Of a stretch of DNA of 29,638 nt, positions 8,816-19,291 are shown in pieces (position 1 is the first letter of the stretch; every line of letters begins with the position of its first letter). The notes under the pieces were generated by a model. It was not told the origin of the DNA. It worked only from the letters and a program-made list of their open reading frames with translations, and did not search any database. The translations under genes and the position numbers were made by a program. The stretch is from Candidatus Woesearchaeota archaeon (GTDB lineage Archaea; Nanobdellota; Nanobdellia; Woesearchaeales; GW2011-AR4), in contig JACOZO010000002.1 in NCBI GenBank assembly GCA_016181325.1, positions 1-29,638 of the forward strand, read 5' to 3'.

Positions 8816-9043
8816 ATGGTTGATGTAGGAACTGGTTTGGTTGCCATAGGGTCGGCGGTAGCGATTGTCGGCAGCGCAATTGCCGCGGGAATAGCCGAAA
8901 AATCCATAGGAGCTGCTGCTGTAGGGGCCATGGCTGAAAAAGAAGAGCTGTTCGGCAAAGGGCTTATACTGACAGTAATCCCGGAAACCCTTGTCATATT
9001 CGGCCTTGTAATGGCTCTATTGATCTTAAACCTGGCAAAGTAA
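8816..9043 (+). CDS. atpK: A-type ATP synthase subunit K (c, proteolipid), single hairpin
   Basis: Two TM helices; IGAAAVGAMAEKEELFGKGLILTVIPETLVIFG carries the ion-binding Glu (PET). Confidence 0.97.
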   Translation: MVDVGTGLVAIGSAVAIVGSAIAAGIAEKSIGAAAVGAMAEKEELFGKGLILTVIPETLVIFGLVMALLILNLAK

Positions 9044-9046
9044 GGA

Positions 9047-9598
9047 ATGCAAATGGGGCTTGAAAAAGTAAGGGACGAGATAATCGAGAGAGCAAAAAGC
9101 CAGTCCTCTCGCATTGTTGCCGAAGCAAAGGCAAAGGCGGCGCAGATACTCAGGGAAGCCGAGAAGCAGGTAGAAGGCCACAGGGAAAGGGCATCTGAAG
9201 AGTCCAAGAGGATGATGCTCGAGATAAAGAGGCAGGAGATGGCAAAGGCCGAGCTTGAATTCAAGAAACTGCTGCTCATGTCAAAGAAAGGCCTGATAGA
9301 CGAGGCTTTCGAGAAGGCCAGAAAGGAGATATCAAGGATGAATGAAAAGCAAAGGTCCGAGGCAGTGTCTCTCCTTATAAAAAAAGCTGAAAGGAGTATG
9401 GAAATAGACTGCATCTACTGCAGCAAAAGCGACGCAAAGTTCGTCAAGGGCTACAGGACAACGGAAGCTGCAATAAGCGGCGGAATAATCGCGGAAAACA
9501 AAGGCCAGACAGTCAGGATAGATTACAGCTTTGACACGCTGATGGAGTCTGTAAAGGAAGAGAAGATGCAGCAGATCGCAAAAATGCTGTTTGGATAG
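9047..9598 (+). CDS. atpE: A-type ATP synthase subunit E
   Basis: MGLEKV...I start, coiled coil, C-terminal GGIIAE...RIDYSFD motif; located after K. Confidence 0.93.
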   Translation: MQMGLEKVRDEIIERAKSQSSRIVAEAKAKAAQILREAEKQVEGHRERASEESKRMMLEIKRQEMAKAELEFKKLLLMSKKGLIDEAFEKARKEISRMNEKQRSEAVSLLIKKAERSMEIDCIYCSKSDAKFVKGYRTTEAAISGGIIAENKGQTVRIDYSFDTLMESVKEEKMQQIAKMLFG

Positions 9599-9659
9599 AT
9601 ATTACTAAATAAAGTGACCTATGATGCTGAAAACACTTCATCGCGACGAACGGAAGGAA

Positions 9660-10712
9660 ATGACGAGCACACTTGCCCATAGCGAGTACCCTTATACATA
9701 TGCCCGGACAACTGCCATGAGGGGCATGCTGCTCAAGAAGGCAGACTATCACAAGATACTGAAGATGGACTTCAATGAGATTGCAAGATTTTTGGAAGAG
9801 ACTACCTACAAAAAGTCCATCGATACATTGAGCGCGTCAATGAAAGGCGCAGACCTGCTGGAAGCGGCATTAAACAGCAATCTGGCTGAATCATTCGCAA
9901 AGCTCAGGGCAATCTCTCCCGAAGAGCTGAGGCTTTTGATTGACGAATACCTGCGGAGAAATGACATCGAGGACATCAAGACAATACTGCGCGGCAAGCT
10001 GACAAAAGCCGGCGATAAAATTATAGCGGCATCACTCCAGGCAGCCGGCACCATGGGCAAAGACGCATTGACGGGGCTGCTGAAGAAAGAATCAATAGAG
10101 CAGATATTAAAAGGCATAGACTTCATCGATTTTGCCAGGATCAAGCCTGCCCTGGAAAGGCTGCGCGAGACTAACAGCCTGGAAGAGATAGAGAATGAGC
10201 TGGACAGGTCTTATTACCAAGGGCTTCTGGAGCTGGCAGCTTCCCTTCCAAGCGAAGGCGACTTATTCAGGGATTTTCTGCTGCAGGAAATAGAGATAAT
10301 GAACATAGTCACAATAATCAAGCTGAAGCATGCCGGCATTGACAAAAGCGCAATAAGCAATTTTTTAATATTTACAGGAGTCTCCGGCAACAAAAACCTG
10401 TTTGAGAAGCTTATGAATTCCGATATCGGCTCAATGACAAGATACCTTGAGGCAAGGGATTACAGCGAAGCAATCGTGCAGGGGCTCAAGTCATACGAAA
10501 AAAACGGCTCCCTTATAGAGCTCGAGGCATCGCTTCACACCCATCTGCTCAGAAAATCGGTGCTGCTGCTTCATCAGCACCCATTGTCTGTTGACGTGAT
10601 ACTTGGCTACATGTTTGCCAAGGAAACCGAGGTCAGGAACCTCAAGATCATAGTCCGCGGAAAGCAGCTTGGCGTCGGCGAGGAATTTATCGAGAAGCAG
10701 CTGGTGATATGA
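9660..10712 (+). CDS. atpC: A-type ATP synthase subunit C (start 9660 preferred; ORF open from 9621)
   Basis: YPYTYAR..AM..LL, DIEDIKTILRGK and GYMFAKETEVRNLKIIVRGK motifs. A purine-rich ggaagga precedes ATG 9660. Confidence 0.95.
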   Translation: MTSTLAHSEYPYTYARTTAMRGMLLKKADYHKILKMDFNEIARFLEETTYKKSIDTLSASMKGADLLEAALNSNLAESFAKLRAISPEELRLLIDEYLRRNDIEDIKTILRGKLTKAGDKIIAASLQAAGTMGKDALTGLLKKESIEQILKGIDFIDFARIKPALERLRETNSLEEIENELDRSYYQGLLELAASLPSEGDLFRDFLLQEIEIMNIVTIIKLKHAGIDKSAISNFLIFTGVSGNKNLFEKLMNSDIGSMTRYLEARDYSEAIVQGLKSYEKNGSLIELEASLHTHLLRKSVLLLHQHPLSVDVILGYMFAKETEVRNLKIIVRGKQLGVGEEFIEKQLVI

Positions 10713-11015
10713 ATGGAAATAGCAGTCCTGGGCGGCAATGAATTTGTCGTCGGCTTCCAGCTGGCAGGAGTGAAGCATATAATAGAGGTCGACAAAGATA
10801 CTGATGCAATGGGAAGGATGAACAAGATAAAGAATGACGGCCAGATAAGCATGGTCATAGTCGACGAGGCAGTCCTCAGCAGGCTCGACAGGCAGGACAG
10901 GCTCGAGATTGAGGGGTCTGTAAATCCGGTGTATGTGCCTCTGTCATCAATCTCATCGCAGGAAAACCTGCGCTATCTGATTAAAAAGTCCATAGGAGTG
11001 GACATACTGTCTTGA
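10713..11015 (+). CDS. atpF: A-type ATP synthase subunit F
   Basis: IAVLG....VGFQLAGV and IKKSIGVDI motifs; 100 aa. Confidence 0.96.
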   Translation: MEIAVLGGNEFVVGFQLAGVKHIIEVDKDTDAMGRMNKIKNDGQISMVIVDEAVLSRLDRQDRLEIEGSVNPVYVPLSSISSQENLRYLIKKSIGVDILS

Positions 11016-11025
11016 GGTAATAAAC

Positions 11026-12756
11026 ATGGAAAAAGGAGTATTATACAGGATTGCAGGGCCGGTTGTCGTGGCAAAAGGGATCTCGCCGAGGATGTATGAC
11101 GTATGCCGGGTCGGCAACGAGAGGCTGATGGGGGAGGTCATCCAGATAGAGGGCGAGAAGTCTATAATACAGGTCTATGAAGATACTTCAGGGATAAAGC
11201 CCGGCGAGCCCGTCGTAAACACAGGAGAGCCCCTGAAAGTAGAGCTTGGGCCCGGAATGCTGACAAGCATCTACGACGGCATACAAAGGCCGCTGCCTGT
11301 CCTGATAAAGCAGATGGGGGATTTCATCAAGAGGGGAGTTGACGCTCCGGCGCTGGACCAGAGCAAGAAGTGGGATTTCAAGGCTGTTGCAAAAAAAGGC
11401 GACAAGGTCACAGGCGGAAGCATAATCGGCGAGGTTGAAGAGACGCCGGGAATAATCCACAGGATAATGGTGCCGCCGAACATTTCAGGCACCCTGCAGG
11501 AGATAAAATCCGGAAAATTCACTGTCAATGATATAGTTGCGAAACTGGACAAAGGGGCAGAGCTGAGGATGAAGCATAACTGGCCCGTCAGGATAGGAAG
11601 GCCTTATGCCAAGAAATTAAGGCCGGAATCTCCTCTGATAACCGGGCAAAGGGTGTTTGACGCGCTGTTCCCCTTAGCCAAGGGAGGGGTTGCTGCAATC
11701 CCGGGGCCGTTCGGAGCCGGAAAGACAGTGAGCCAGCAGCAGCTTGCCAAGTGGTCTGATGCAGACATAATTGTTTATGTAGGCTGCGGAGAGCGCGGAA
11801 ACGAGATGACGGAAGTCCTTACTGAGTTTCCGGAGCTGATTGACCCGAAGACAGGAAAGCCGCTTATGAACAGGACTGTGCTGATAGCCAACACTTCAAA
11901 CATGCCGGTGGCTGCAAGGGAAGCTTCAATCTACACTGGCGCCACAATAGCTGAATATTACAGGGACATGGGGTATTCTGTTGCCCTGATGGCGGACTCG
12001 ACTTCCAGGTGGGCGGAAGCGATGAGGGAAATCTCATCGAGGCTTGAGGAAATGCCTGGCGAGGAAGGATATCCGGCATACCTTTCCACAAGGCTGGCAC
12101 AGTTTTACGAGAGGGCAGGAAGGATCATACCATTCGGCACAGACAAGGAAGGAAGCGTCTCGATTATAGGCGCAGTATCGCCGCCCGGCGGCGACTTTTC
12201 CGAGCCTGTGACGCAGAGCACATTGAGGGTGACGAAAGTGTTCTGGGCGCTTGACGCAAAGCTGGCTCAGAGAAGGCATTTTCCGTCAATAAACTGGCTG
12301 ACATCATATTCCCTTTACCTCAACACGCTTGAGGAATGGTATTCAAAGAACATAGCCACGGACTGGTCTGGCTGCGTGAGCGAGATCATGGGCATCCTCC
12401 AGGAAGAGGAAAAGCTGCTTGAGATTGTGCAGCTTGTCGGCTCTGACGCGCTGCCTGAAAGGCAGCAGCTTACACTGGAGATCGCAAGGGTGATACGGGA
12501 GTTCTTCCTGCAGCAGAATGCATTCCATGAAGTGGACACTTACTCTGAGCTGAAGAAGACGTATCTGGTGATGAAATCCATACTGAGTTATTCAAAACTG
12601 GCAAATGCTGCGCTTGATGCCGGCAGCAAAGTGCAGCCCCTGCTGAGGATAAAATCAAAGGACAGGCTGGCAGAAGTCAAGTTCGAGAAAAACTACGCGT
12701 CTTTGCTTGAGGAGATAAACAGCCAGATGGAAAAAGAGATAGGGGTTTCAAAATGA
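11026..12756 (+). CDS. atpA: A-type ATP synthase catalytic subunit A (no intein)
   Basis: Walker [33 protein letters not shown] and [12 protein letters not shown]. Confidence 0.99.
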   Translation: MEKGVLYRIAGPVVVAKGISPRMYDVCRVGNERLMGEVIQIEGEKSIIQVYEDTSGIKPGEPVVNTGEPLKVELGPGMLTSIYDGIQRPLPVLIKQMGDFIKRGVDAPALDQSKKWDFKAVAKKGDKVTGGSIIGEVEETPGIIHRIMVPPNISGTLQEIKSGKFTVNDIVAKLDKGAELRMKHNWPVRIGRPYAKKLRPESPLITGQRVFDALFPLAKGGVAAIPGPFGAGKTVSQQQLAKWSDADIIVYVGCGERGNEMTEVLTEFPELIDPKTGKPLMNRTVLIANTSNMPVAAREASIYTGATIAEYYRDMGYSVALMADSTSRWAEAMREISSRLEEMPGEEGYPAYLSTRLAQFYERAGRIIPFGTDKEGSVSIIGAVSPPGGDFSEPVTQSTLRVTKVFWALDAKLAQRRHFPSINWLTSYSLYLNTLEEWYSKNIATDWSGCVSEIMGILQEEEKLLEIVQLVGSDALPERQQLTLEIARVIREFFLQQNAFHEVDTYSELKKTYLVMKSILSYSKLANAALDAGSKVQPLLRIKSKDRLAEVKFEKNYASLLEEINSQMEKEIGVSK

Positions 12757-12895
12757 AAGCAGACTCACTGACGTTCGTGGCTTTCATTTTGAATAGTAAT
12801 AAATAACGAGGTACTTCAAAATGAAAACATATTCACTGGCGTTCATAGCCTTCATTTTTAAGGCTCATGAAAGACGAGGTAGTTAAAAATGAAGG
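12741..12895 (+). repeat. Imperfect 68-nt tandem repeat of an RBS + start-codon + hairpin unit between atpA and atpB
   Basis: aaaATGAA occurs with ATG at 12753, 12821 and 12889 (period 68), each preceded by GGGGT or GAGGT. The first two units fold as aaaatgaa...ttcatttt with loop motif (c/t)tcactg(a/g)cgttc. Confidence 0.85.
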
Positions 12896-14259
12896 AATAC
12901 AAGACAATAACAAAAGTTGCGGGGCCGTTGGTTTTCGTCGAGAAAACTGAGCCAATAGGATACTGCGATCTTGTAAGGATATCACTTCCATCCGGCGACA
13001 TCAAGAATGGCCAGGTGCTTGACACGAGCGACGACATAGTTGTCGTGCAGATATTTGAGGGGACTTCGGGCATTGACAGGGGAACAAGGGTCAAATTTCT
13101 CGGCGACACACTCAAGCTTAGTGTATCCAAGGACATGCTCGGCCGCATATTGAGCGGCTCAGGCAAGCCCATAGACGGAGGGCCTGAAGTAATACCGGAG
13201 AAAAGACTTGACATCGGAGGGGCGGCCATAAATCCTTTTGCAAGGGCTTCTCCGCATGACTTCATCCAGACAGGGATATCGACTATAGATGCGATGAACA
13301 CGCTTGTCCGTGGGCAGAAACTGCCCATTTTTTCGGGCTCTGGGCTGCCGCACAACGAGATTGCGCTGCAGATTGCGAGGCAGGCCAAGGTCATCGGAAA
13401 AAGCGAGAATTTCGTCGTGATTTTTGCTGCCATGGGCATAACCAATGAGGAAGCCCAGTATTTCATGGCTGACTTTGAGCAGACAGGGGCATTGGAGAGG
13501 AGTGTTGTCTTCCTGAACCTTGCAAACGATCCTGCAGTGGAGAGGCTGGTTACGCCTAGGATGGCATTGACGGCGGCGGAATACTTTGCCTACGAGCATG
13601 ATTTTCACGTGCTTGTCATATTAACAGACATGACGAATTACTGCGAATCACTGAGGGAGATCGGTGCGGCAAGGGGAGAAATCCCCGGAAGAAGGGGATA
13701 TCCGGGCTATATGTACACAGACCTTGCCAATATCTATGAGAGGGCAGGCGTGATAAAGGGCAAGAAAGGCAGCATAACCCAGATACCGATACTGACGATG
13801 GTCGGCGACGACATCACTCACCCGATTCCCGACCTGACAGGATACATAACTGAGGGGCAGATAGTGCTGTCAAGGGAACTGCACAGGAAAGGGGTTTATC
13901 CTCCAATAGACGTGCTTCCCTCATTGTCAAGGCTGATGAATCTCGGCATCGGAAAGGAAAAAACAAGGGATGACCACAAGCAGGTTTCCGACCAGATGTA
14001 TGCGGCATATGCAGAGGGCAGGGATCTTAGGGGGCTTGTTGCGATTGTCGGAGAGGAATCTCTGAGCGAAAGGGACAGAAGACTTTTGAAATTCGCTGCG
14101 GAATTCGAGGACAAGTTCGTAAGGCAGAAAAGAAGCGATGACCGCGGCATAGGCGAAGGCACGCTTGACCTGGGCTGGAACCTCCTGGGCGCAATACCCT
14201 CAAATGAGCTGACAAGGATCAGCAAGGAGCTGAAGGAGAAATACCTTAGGCCCAAATAA
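12889..14259 (+). CDS. atpB: A-type ATP synthase subunit B
   Basis: [33 protein letters not shown] and [19 protein letters not shown]. Confidence 0.99.
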   Translation: MKEYKTITKVAGPLVFVEKTEPIGYCDLVRISLPSGDIKNGQVLDTSDDIVVVQIFEGTSGIDRGTRVKFLGDTLKLSVSKDMLGRILSGSGKPIDGGPEVIPEKRLDIGGAAINPFARASPHDFIQTGISTIDAMNTLVRGQKLPIFSGSGLPHNEIALQIARQAKVIGKSENFVVIFAAMGITNEEAQYFMADFEQTGALERSVVFLNLANDPAVERLVTPRMALTAAEYFAYEHDFHVLVILTDMTNYCESLREIGAARGEIPGRRGYPGYMYTDLANIYERAGVIKGKKGSITQIPILTMVGDDITHPIPDLTGYITEGQIVLSRELHRKGVYPPIDVLPSLSRLMNLGIGKEKTRDDHKQVSDQMYAAYAEGRDLRGLVAIVGEESLSERDRRLLKFAAEFEDKFVRQKRSDDRGIGEGTLDLGWNLLGAIPSNELTRISKELKEKYLRPK

Positions 14260-14285
14260 GCTAGTTCTGACTGAAGGCTGAGATC

Positions 14286-16220
14286 ATGATAGAAACCAAT
14301 GTCTTTTTTGCATCAATTTTTTTTGGCATAAGCATCATCCTCCCTGTCCTGGTCTCCATCAGCAGGCCCATAGCCAGAAGAATCTCAATGGCCTGCGCCG
14401 GCCTTGGGCTACTAGCGCTGGCTGACATTTCCTTAAGGGTGATGATAACCAATTCGGCCATGACGCTGAACTTGGCTTCTTTCTACAAGGAACTGAGCTT
14501 TGAGCTGCTCATTGACAGGCTCTCAGCATTCTTCATCCTTACAATCATACTGGTTTCCCTGGCTGTGCTGATTTACTCTTTTAGGTATGTGGAGCATCTC
14601 AAAAAAAAGCACGGGAAAAACATTGCGGTATCACTGATGAATCTTTTTATTGTATCCATGATACTTGTTGTTGCCTCAAAAAACCTCATCAGCTTCCTTT
14701 TCTTATGGGAATTGATGTCTATAAGCTCATTCTTCCTCGTATATTTCGATTATGAGCAAAAAACAACAGGAAAAGCGGGGATGTTCTACATTATCATGAC
14801 ACAGCTCAGCACTTTGTTCCTGATTGCCTCATTCTTACTAGTCTACAGCTCAGGCAATTCATTTGAGATAAGGCAGATGCCGCAAAATGCCCCTATGGCT
14901 TCAGTAATTTTTATACTTGCGTTTTTGGGCTTCGGCATAAAGGCGGGAGTAATCCCATTCCATAAATGGCTTCCTTATGCGCATCCTGCTGCGCCGTCAA
15001 ATATTTCTGCGCTGATGTCCGGCCTGATGATAAAGGTTGCAATCTACGGAATGATAAGAATTTTATTGACAGTCCTCCCCAAGCCCCTGCTGTGGTGGGG
15101 TGTGCTGATACTCCTATTCGGCACCCTGTCTGCGGTGCTGGGCGTCATTTATGCCCTCAAGGAGCACGACATAAAGCGTCTGCTCGCGTATCACAGCATA
15201 GAAAATATCGGAATCATCCTAATAGGGCTCGGATTGTATGTCATATTCAAAGCCAGCCACTTTGAGGCGCTTGCCTTCATGGCAATTGCCGGCTCTTTGT
15301 TCCACACACTAAACCATGCATTATTCAAAAGCCTGCTGTTCCTCACTTCCGGCTCGGTTGTCATGGCCACTGAAACCAAGAACATTGAAGACATGGGCGG
15401 CCTGATAAAAAATATGCCTGCAACGGCATTCCTTTTCCTGATAGGCGCCGTGTCGATTTCAGCCCTGCCGCCTTTCAACGGATTTGTAAGCGAATATATG
15501 ATATTCTATGTTTTCTTTAATACCCATGTCCTAATCTCGCCGTTCCTGAAAATACTTCTTGTCGCTTCTGCATGCATCCTTGCGCTCACAAGCGCCCTTG
15601 CAGCCGCATGCTTTGTAAAGGCGTTCGGGACAATCTTCCTCGGCGTTCCACGGTCCAAGCATGCTTCATCAGCACAAGAAGCTTCAAAATCAATGATAAT
15701 AGGGCCTGCCATAATAGCTATCTTGTGCGCGCTCCTTGGGATATTTTCCTTCCAGATATTCAGCATACTCGGATTTAACTTTCCAATACCTAACATGATG
15801 TACATAAGCATTGTATTAGCCGGAACCTACTTAATATTCTTCCTCCTCCTTTACCGTGCATCCAAAATCCGCGTCTATGAAACATGGTCATGCGGCTTTC
15901 CCCTGTCAAACGGAAAAACAGAATACACTGCATCAGGCTTTTCAGAGCCAATTGTGACAATCTTCAGGGCAATCTACAAGCCCAAAAGAAATTCAACAAA
16001 AGAATTCTATGATGACAGCAATGTAATTGTCAGCCATGGGCATGCAGAAATGTCACTTATGAAATTTTTTGAGGAGTACCTGTATGCCCCTGTCTTAAAG
16101 GCAGTCGATTTCACCTCAGGGATAACAGCAAGGCTTCAGGCAGGATACCTTGACCTGTACATAGTTTACGTATTCCTCGGAAGCCTTGCGCTTCTAATAG
16201 CAATGGGGGTCCTGACATGA
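14286..16220 (+). CDS. hyfB: HyfB-like antiporter-type membrane subunit (NuoL/MrpA family) of an Ehr complex
   Basis: FLWELMS (Glu), GIKAGVIPFHKWLPYAHPAAPS (Lys), LLAYHSIENIG, NHALFKSLLF and C-terminal WSCG. Confidence 0.92.
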   Translation: MIETNVFFASIFFGISIILPVLVSISRPIARRISMACAGLGLLALADISLRVMITNSAMTLNLASFYKELSFELLIDRLSAFFILTIILVSLAVLIYSFRYVEHLKKKHGKNIAVSLMNLFIVSMILVVASKNLISFLFLWELMSISSFFLVYFDYEQKTTGKAGMFYIIMTQLSTLFLIASFLLVYSSGNSFEIRQMPQNAPMASVIFILAFLGFGIKAGVIPFHKWLPYAHPAAPSNISALMSGLMIKVAIYGMIRILLTVLPKPLLWWGVLILLFGTLSAVLGVIYALKEHDIKRLLAYHSIENIGIILIGLGLYVIFKASHFEALAFMAIAGSLFHTLNHALFKSLLFLTSGSVVMATETKNIEDMGGLIKNMPATAFLFLIGAVSISALPPFNGFVSEYMIFYVFFNTHVLISPFLKILLVASACILALTSALAAACFVKAFGTIFLGVPRSKHASSAQEASKSMIIGPAIIAILCALLGIFSFQIFSILGFNFPIPNMMYISIVLAGTYLIFFLLLYRASKIRVYETWSCGFPLSNGKTEYTASGFSEPIVTIFRAIYKPKRNSTKEFYDDSNVIVSHGHAEMSLMKFFEEYLYAPVLKAVDFTSGITARLQAGYLDLYIVYVFLGSLALLIAMGVLT

Positions 16221-17158
16221 ATGAGCTGCTGATATATTCTGTATTGAATATACTTGCTGTAATATTAATCTCCCCTTTTTTTATGGGAGTCATAAAGAAA
16301 ATAAAGGCATGGTGCCAGGGCAGGGAAGGACAGCCCCTGCTGCAGCAATACTATAATCTGATTAAGCTATTGAGGAAGGAAAGCGTTGTTTCAAGCACGT
16401 CTTCATGGATCACAAGGGCAACGCCTTATGTCAACGTCGCAGCCCTGATAACTGCCGCTTTGTTTGTCCCTGTGCTGTTTGTGCCTTCCGGCAGCACATT
16501 ATTTGGAAACCTCATACTCATGCTTTACCTTCTTGCGCTTGCAAAATTCTTCATGGCCCTGGCAGGGCTCGATGCAGGAAGCACTTTTGGGGGGATGGGG
16601 AGCTCAAGGGAAATGGCATTCTCTGCGATACTTGAGCCGGTCATAATCATAATATTCCTTGCGCTGGCTTTTATGTTCAAAACCCCCAACCTGTTCGAGA
16701 TATTCAGGCAGGCTTCTGCAGTCGGCATACTTTATGCCAAGCCCCTGCTCATTCTTCTGATGGTCTCGCTTTTCATTGTGCTGATTGCGGAAACTTCAAG
16801 GGTGCCAGTAGACAATCCTGAAACCCATCTTGAGCTCACTATGATTCATGAAGGCATGGTCCTTGAGCAGTCAGGGAAATATCTTGGCATGATGGAGCTG
16901 AGCCATGCCATGAAGCAGACTCTGCTGATGGCGGTATTGATCAATATACTTGTCCCGATAGGATTTTCAACTGCATTAAGCTTTTATTCCATTGCTATCT
17001 CTTTTGCCGCATTTATGGCAAAAGGCACTGCCCTTGCTGCAGTAATCGGAATTTTTGAATCATCAATTGCAAAATTGAGGCTGTTCAGGCTGCCCGTAAT
17101 GTTCATGGTGGCATTTTTCCTTGCCTTCCTGACAATAATACTGGAGGTGTATGGATGA
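16217..17158 (+). CDS. hyfC: HyfC-like membrane subunit (NuoH family)
   Basis: GREG..LLQ.YY.L.KL..KE, GGMGSSRE and ETSRVPVDNPETHLELTMIHEGM; ATGA overlap with hyfB. Confidence 0.92.
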   Translation: MNELLIYSVLNILAVILISPFFMGVIKKIKAWCQGREGQPLLQQYYNLIKLLRKESVVSSTSSWITRATPYVNVAALITAALFVPVLFVPSGSTLFGNLILMLYLLALAKFFMALAGLDAGSTFGGMGSSREMAFSAILEPVIIIIFLALAFMFKTPNLFEIFRQASAVGILYAKPLLILLMVSLFIVLIAETSRVPVDNPETHLELTMIHEGMVLEQSGKYLGMMELSHAMKQTLLMAVLINILVPIGFSTALSFYSIAISFAAFMAKGTALAAVIGIFESSIAKLRLFRLPVMFMVAFFLAFLTIILEVYG

Positions 17159-17835
17159 TGCCTCCCTTGGCTCTGCCGGAAATAAACAAGATACTGCTTG
17201 TCCTGATACTTTTCCTGGCAGTGCTGATAATAACTGTGAAAGACCTTTTGTTCCTTAACTTCCTGTACAGGATACAGTCTTTTTTTATTGTGCTTGTGTC
17301 TTTGGCCCTGTATGCCCCGGATAGGAAAACATCTCTGCTTGCTGTTGCATCCATTACGCTCCTGAGCAAGGTCATAATAATCCCTTCCATCATCAAGAAT
17401 GCCCAGAACAAGCTGAAAATAAAGCGGGATGTGGAATTCCACTATCTTACGCCTATAAGCTCGATCCTCGTCAGCATAGCGGTGTTTTTTGCAGTTTACC
17501 TGTCATTTTCGAGGCTCATCACAGAACTGCCGGACAAGACTTTCCTAATAACAGGCTCTTTATCAGTGTCCCTCATGTTCATGGGCATGATAATAATATT
17601 CACAAGGCAGCAGACAATAACCAATATCATAGGCTTCCTCACGATAGAAAATGGCGTCCTTCTATTCTCACTTTTCATGGCCGAACTTCCTTTAATCGTT
17701 GAAGTCCTTATCCTGCTTGATTTGGTAATGCTGATAGTGCTGGCTTCATTGCTGGCATTCGGCATAGATTCCAATATAGAGGAATTCCACAAGAAGCTGC
17801 AGCCTCTTAGCAAATTCCTGGGGGGCCAAAAATGA
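17155..17835 (+). CDS. hyfE: HyfE-like membrane subunit
   Basis: Multi-TM; IIGFLTIENG motif; located between the hyfC and hyfF homologues with 4-nt overlaps on both sides. Confidence 0.85.
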   Translation: MMPPLALPEINKILLVLILFLAVLIITVKDLLFLNFLYRIQSFFIVLVSLALYAPDRKTSLLAVASITLLSKVIIIPSIIKNAQNKLKIKRDVEFHYLTPISSILVSIAVFFAVYLSFSRLITELPDKTFLITGSLSVSLMFMGMIIIFTRQQTITNIIGFLTIENGVLLFSLFMAELPLIVEVLILLDLVMLIVLASLLAFGIDSNIEEFHKKLQPLSKFLGGQK

Positions 17836-19283
17836 TGCTGCTCAGCATTCTTGTCGGAGTGTCGGCAATCCTGCTGATCATATTTTTGCGCTCCAATAAA
17901 TCAATAAACCTAGTCTCGCTGCTCCACGCGCTGTATTACGCCGGACTCTCAATATACCAAATGTATGCGGGCAGCCTGCCGCAATACTACCTTGAGAACA
18001 AATATTTTTTTATTGACAGCCTTGGAATCTATGAACTTCTGATAGCCTCAGTAATATTCTTCCTGTCAATCCTTTACCTTGAAGGCTATATCAAAAGCCT
18101 TGTCGAGCATGAAGAGCTAAATCCAAAATTTGTAAAGCTTTTCTATATCTGCATGAACCTGCTGCTGATGTCAGTCGCATTCTCCTTTTTCTCCAACAAC
18201 CTGGCGCTATTCTGGATTTTCCTTGAACTTACAACCATCTTCTCTGCAATACTCATAGTCATACTGAATGCGGTAGAAAACATCTATGCTGCATTGAAAT
18301 ACCTGTTTATAGCATCAACGTGCATGCTTTTTTCCTTCGTGGGGCTCATACTGCTATATGCGTTCACGAAGCATAATTTCGGGGCAGGCACATTAAACTG
18401 GAGCGAGCTTATGTCCTCAGCAAGCCTGATCACCCCAAGGATTGCGGCATACTCCTTCATGTTCATCTTTATCGGCTTTGGCGCAAAAGCTGCCATTGCG
18501 CCTTTTCACACCTGGGTGCCGCATGCGCATTCCAAAGCTCCCTCGGCGGTGAGCGCAATACTCTCTGCTGTTATCCTGAATGTCGGCATTTACGGAATCA
18601 TCAGGACATTTGCGGTTGTGCGCCAAACCAGTTCAGGGCAAATCGCTTCAAATATGCTGATAATATTCGGGTTTTTCACTCTTGGCATCGCAAGCCTGAG
18701 CATGCTCCAGCAAAAAAACGTAAAAAAACTCATAGCTTTTTCAAGCATTGAGCATATGGGAACCATCCTGATTGCAATAGGGCTTGCAACAAAAGCGTCT
18801 GTTTTTTGGGTGCTGATATACATCATGGCAAGCGCGCTGGCCAAATCCCTCCTATTCCTCTGCGCAGGGATAGCCAACAGGCAGTACATGAGCAATGACA
18901 TTGACTCTGTCAGGAATTTCATAAAGCTGCAGCCTCTGGCTTCTGTCGGAATTATAGTAGGGGTCCTTGCCATCTCAGGGCTGCCTCCTTTTGCGCTGTT
19001 CATGCCAAAACTGCTTGTCCTTATACAAATCAGCAAATTCTCAGTTTTAATGCTGATAATCGCTCTCTTATCCATACTGATATCCACAGGCTCTTTTGCA
19101 TTATTCTTCACAAAATTCTTTTCAAGCGTTGACGAGGCTTCGTCTATACATAAATATAATACTCCCGCGAAAATGAAAGCTTCAATAATAATCCTGATAA
19201 TCCTCCTTGCATTGCTGGGCATTTTCCTGCCTGACAGGCTTGCGGACATTGCCGGCAACATAGTGGCTGAACTGAAGATTTAA
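17832..19283 (+). CDS. hyfF: HyfF-like antiporter-type membrane subunit (NuoM/N, MrpD family)
   Basis: FWIFLELTT (Glu), GFGAKAAIAPFHTWVPHAHSKAPS (Lys), AFSSIEHMG and SGLPPF. Confidence 0.92.
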   Translation: MMLLSILVGVSAILLIIFLRSNKSINLVSLLHALYYAGLSIYQMYAGSLPQYYLENKYFFIDSLGIYELLIASVIFFLSILYLEGYIKSLVEHEELNPKFVKLFYICMNLLLMSVAFSFFSNNLALFWIFLELTTIFSAILIVILNAVENIYAALKYLFIASTCMLFSFVGLILLYAFTKHNFGAGTLNWSELMSSASLITPRIAAYSFMFIFIGFGAKAAIAPFHTWVPHAHSKAPSAVSAILSAVILNVGIYGIIRTFAVVRQTSSGQIASNMLIIFGFFTLGIASLSMLQQKNVKKLIAFSSIEHMGTILIAIGLATKASVFWVLIYIMASALAKSLLFLCAGIANRQYMSNDIDSVRNFIKLQPLASVGIIVGVLAISGLPPFALFMPKLLVLIQISKFSVLMLIIALLSILISTGSFALFFTKFFSSVDEASSIHKYNTPAKMKASIIILIILLALLGIFLPDRLADIAGNIVAELKI

Positions 19284-19291
19284 GGTGCAAT

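Noticed and set aside
11026-12756. Possible intein in atpA (a common intein host)
   Set aside because: The protein is 576 aa with a continuous Walker A region; no insertion.
12741-12895. 68-nt periodic repeat as a CRISPR array
   Set aside because: Only about two units, diverged along their whole length rather than constant repeat plus unique spacer; no cas genes.
14131-14180. atpB C-terminal [13 protein letters not shown] appears one residue longer than the usual NRxIEETLDxGW
   Set aside because: A minor variation in a peripheral helix; it cannot be interpreted without an alignment.
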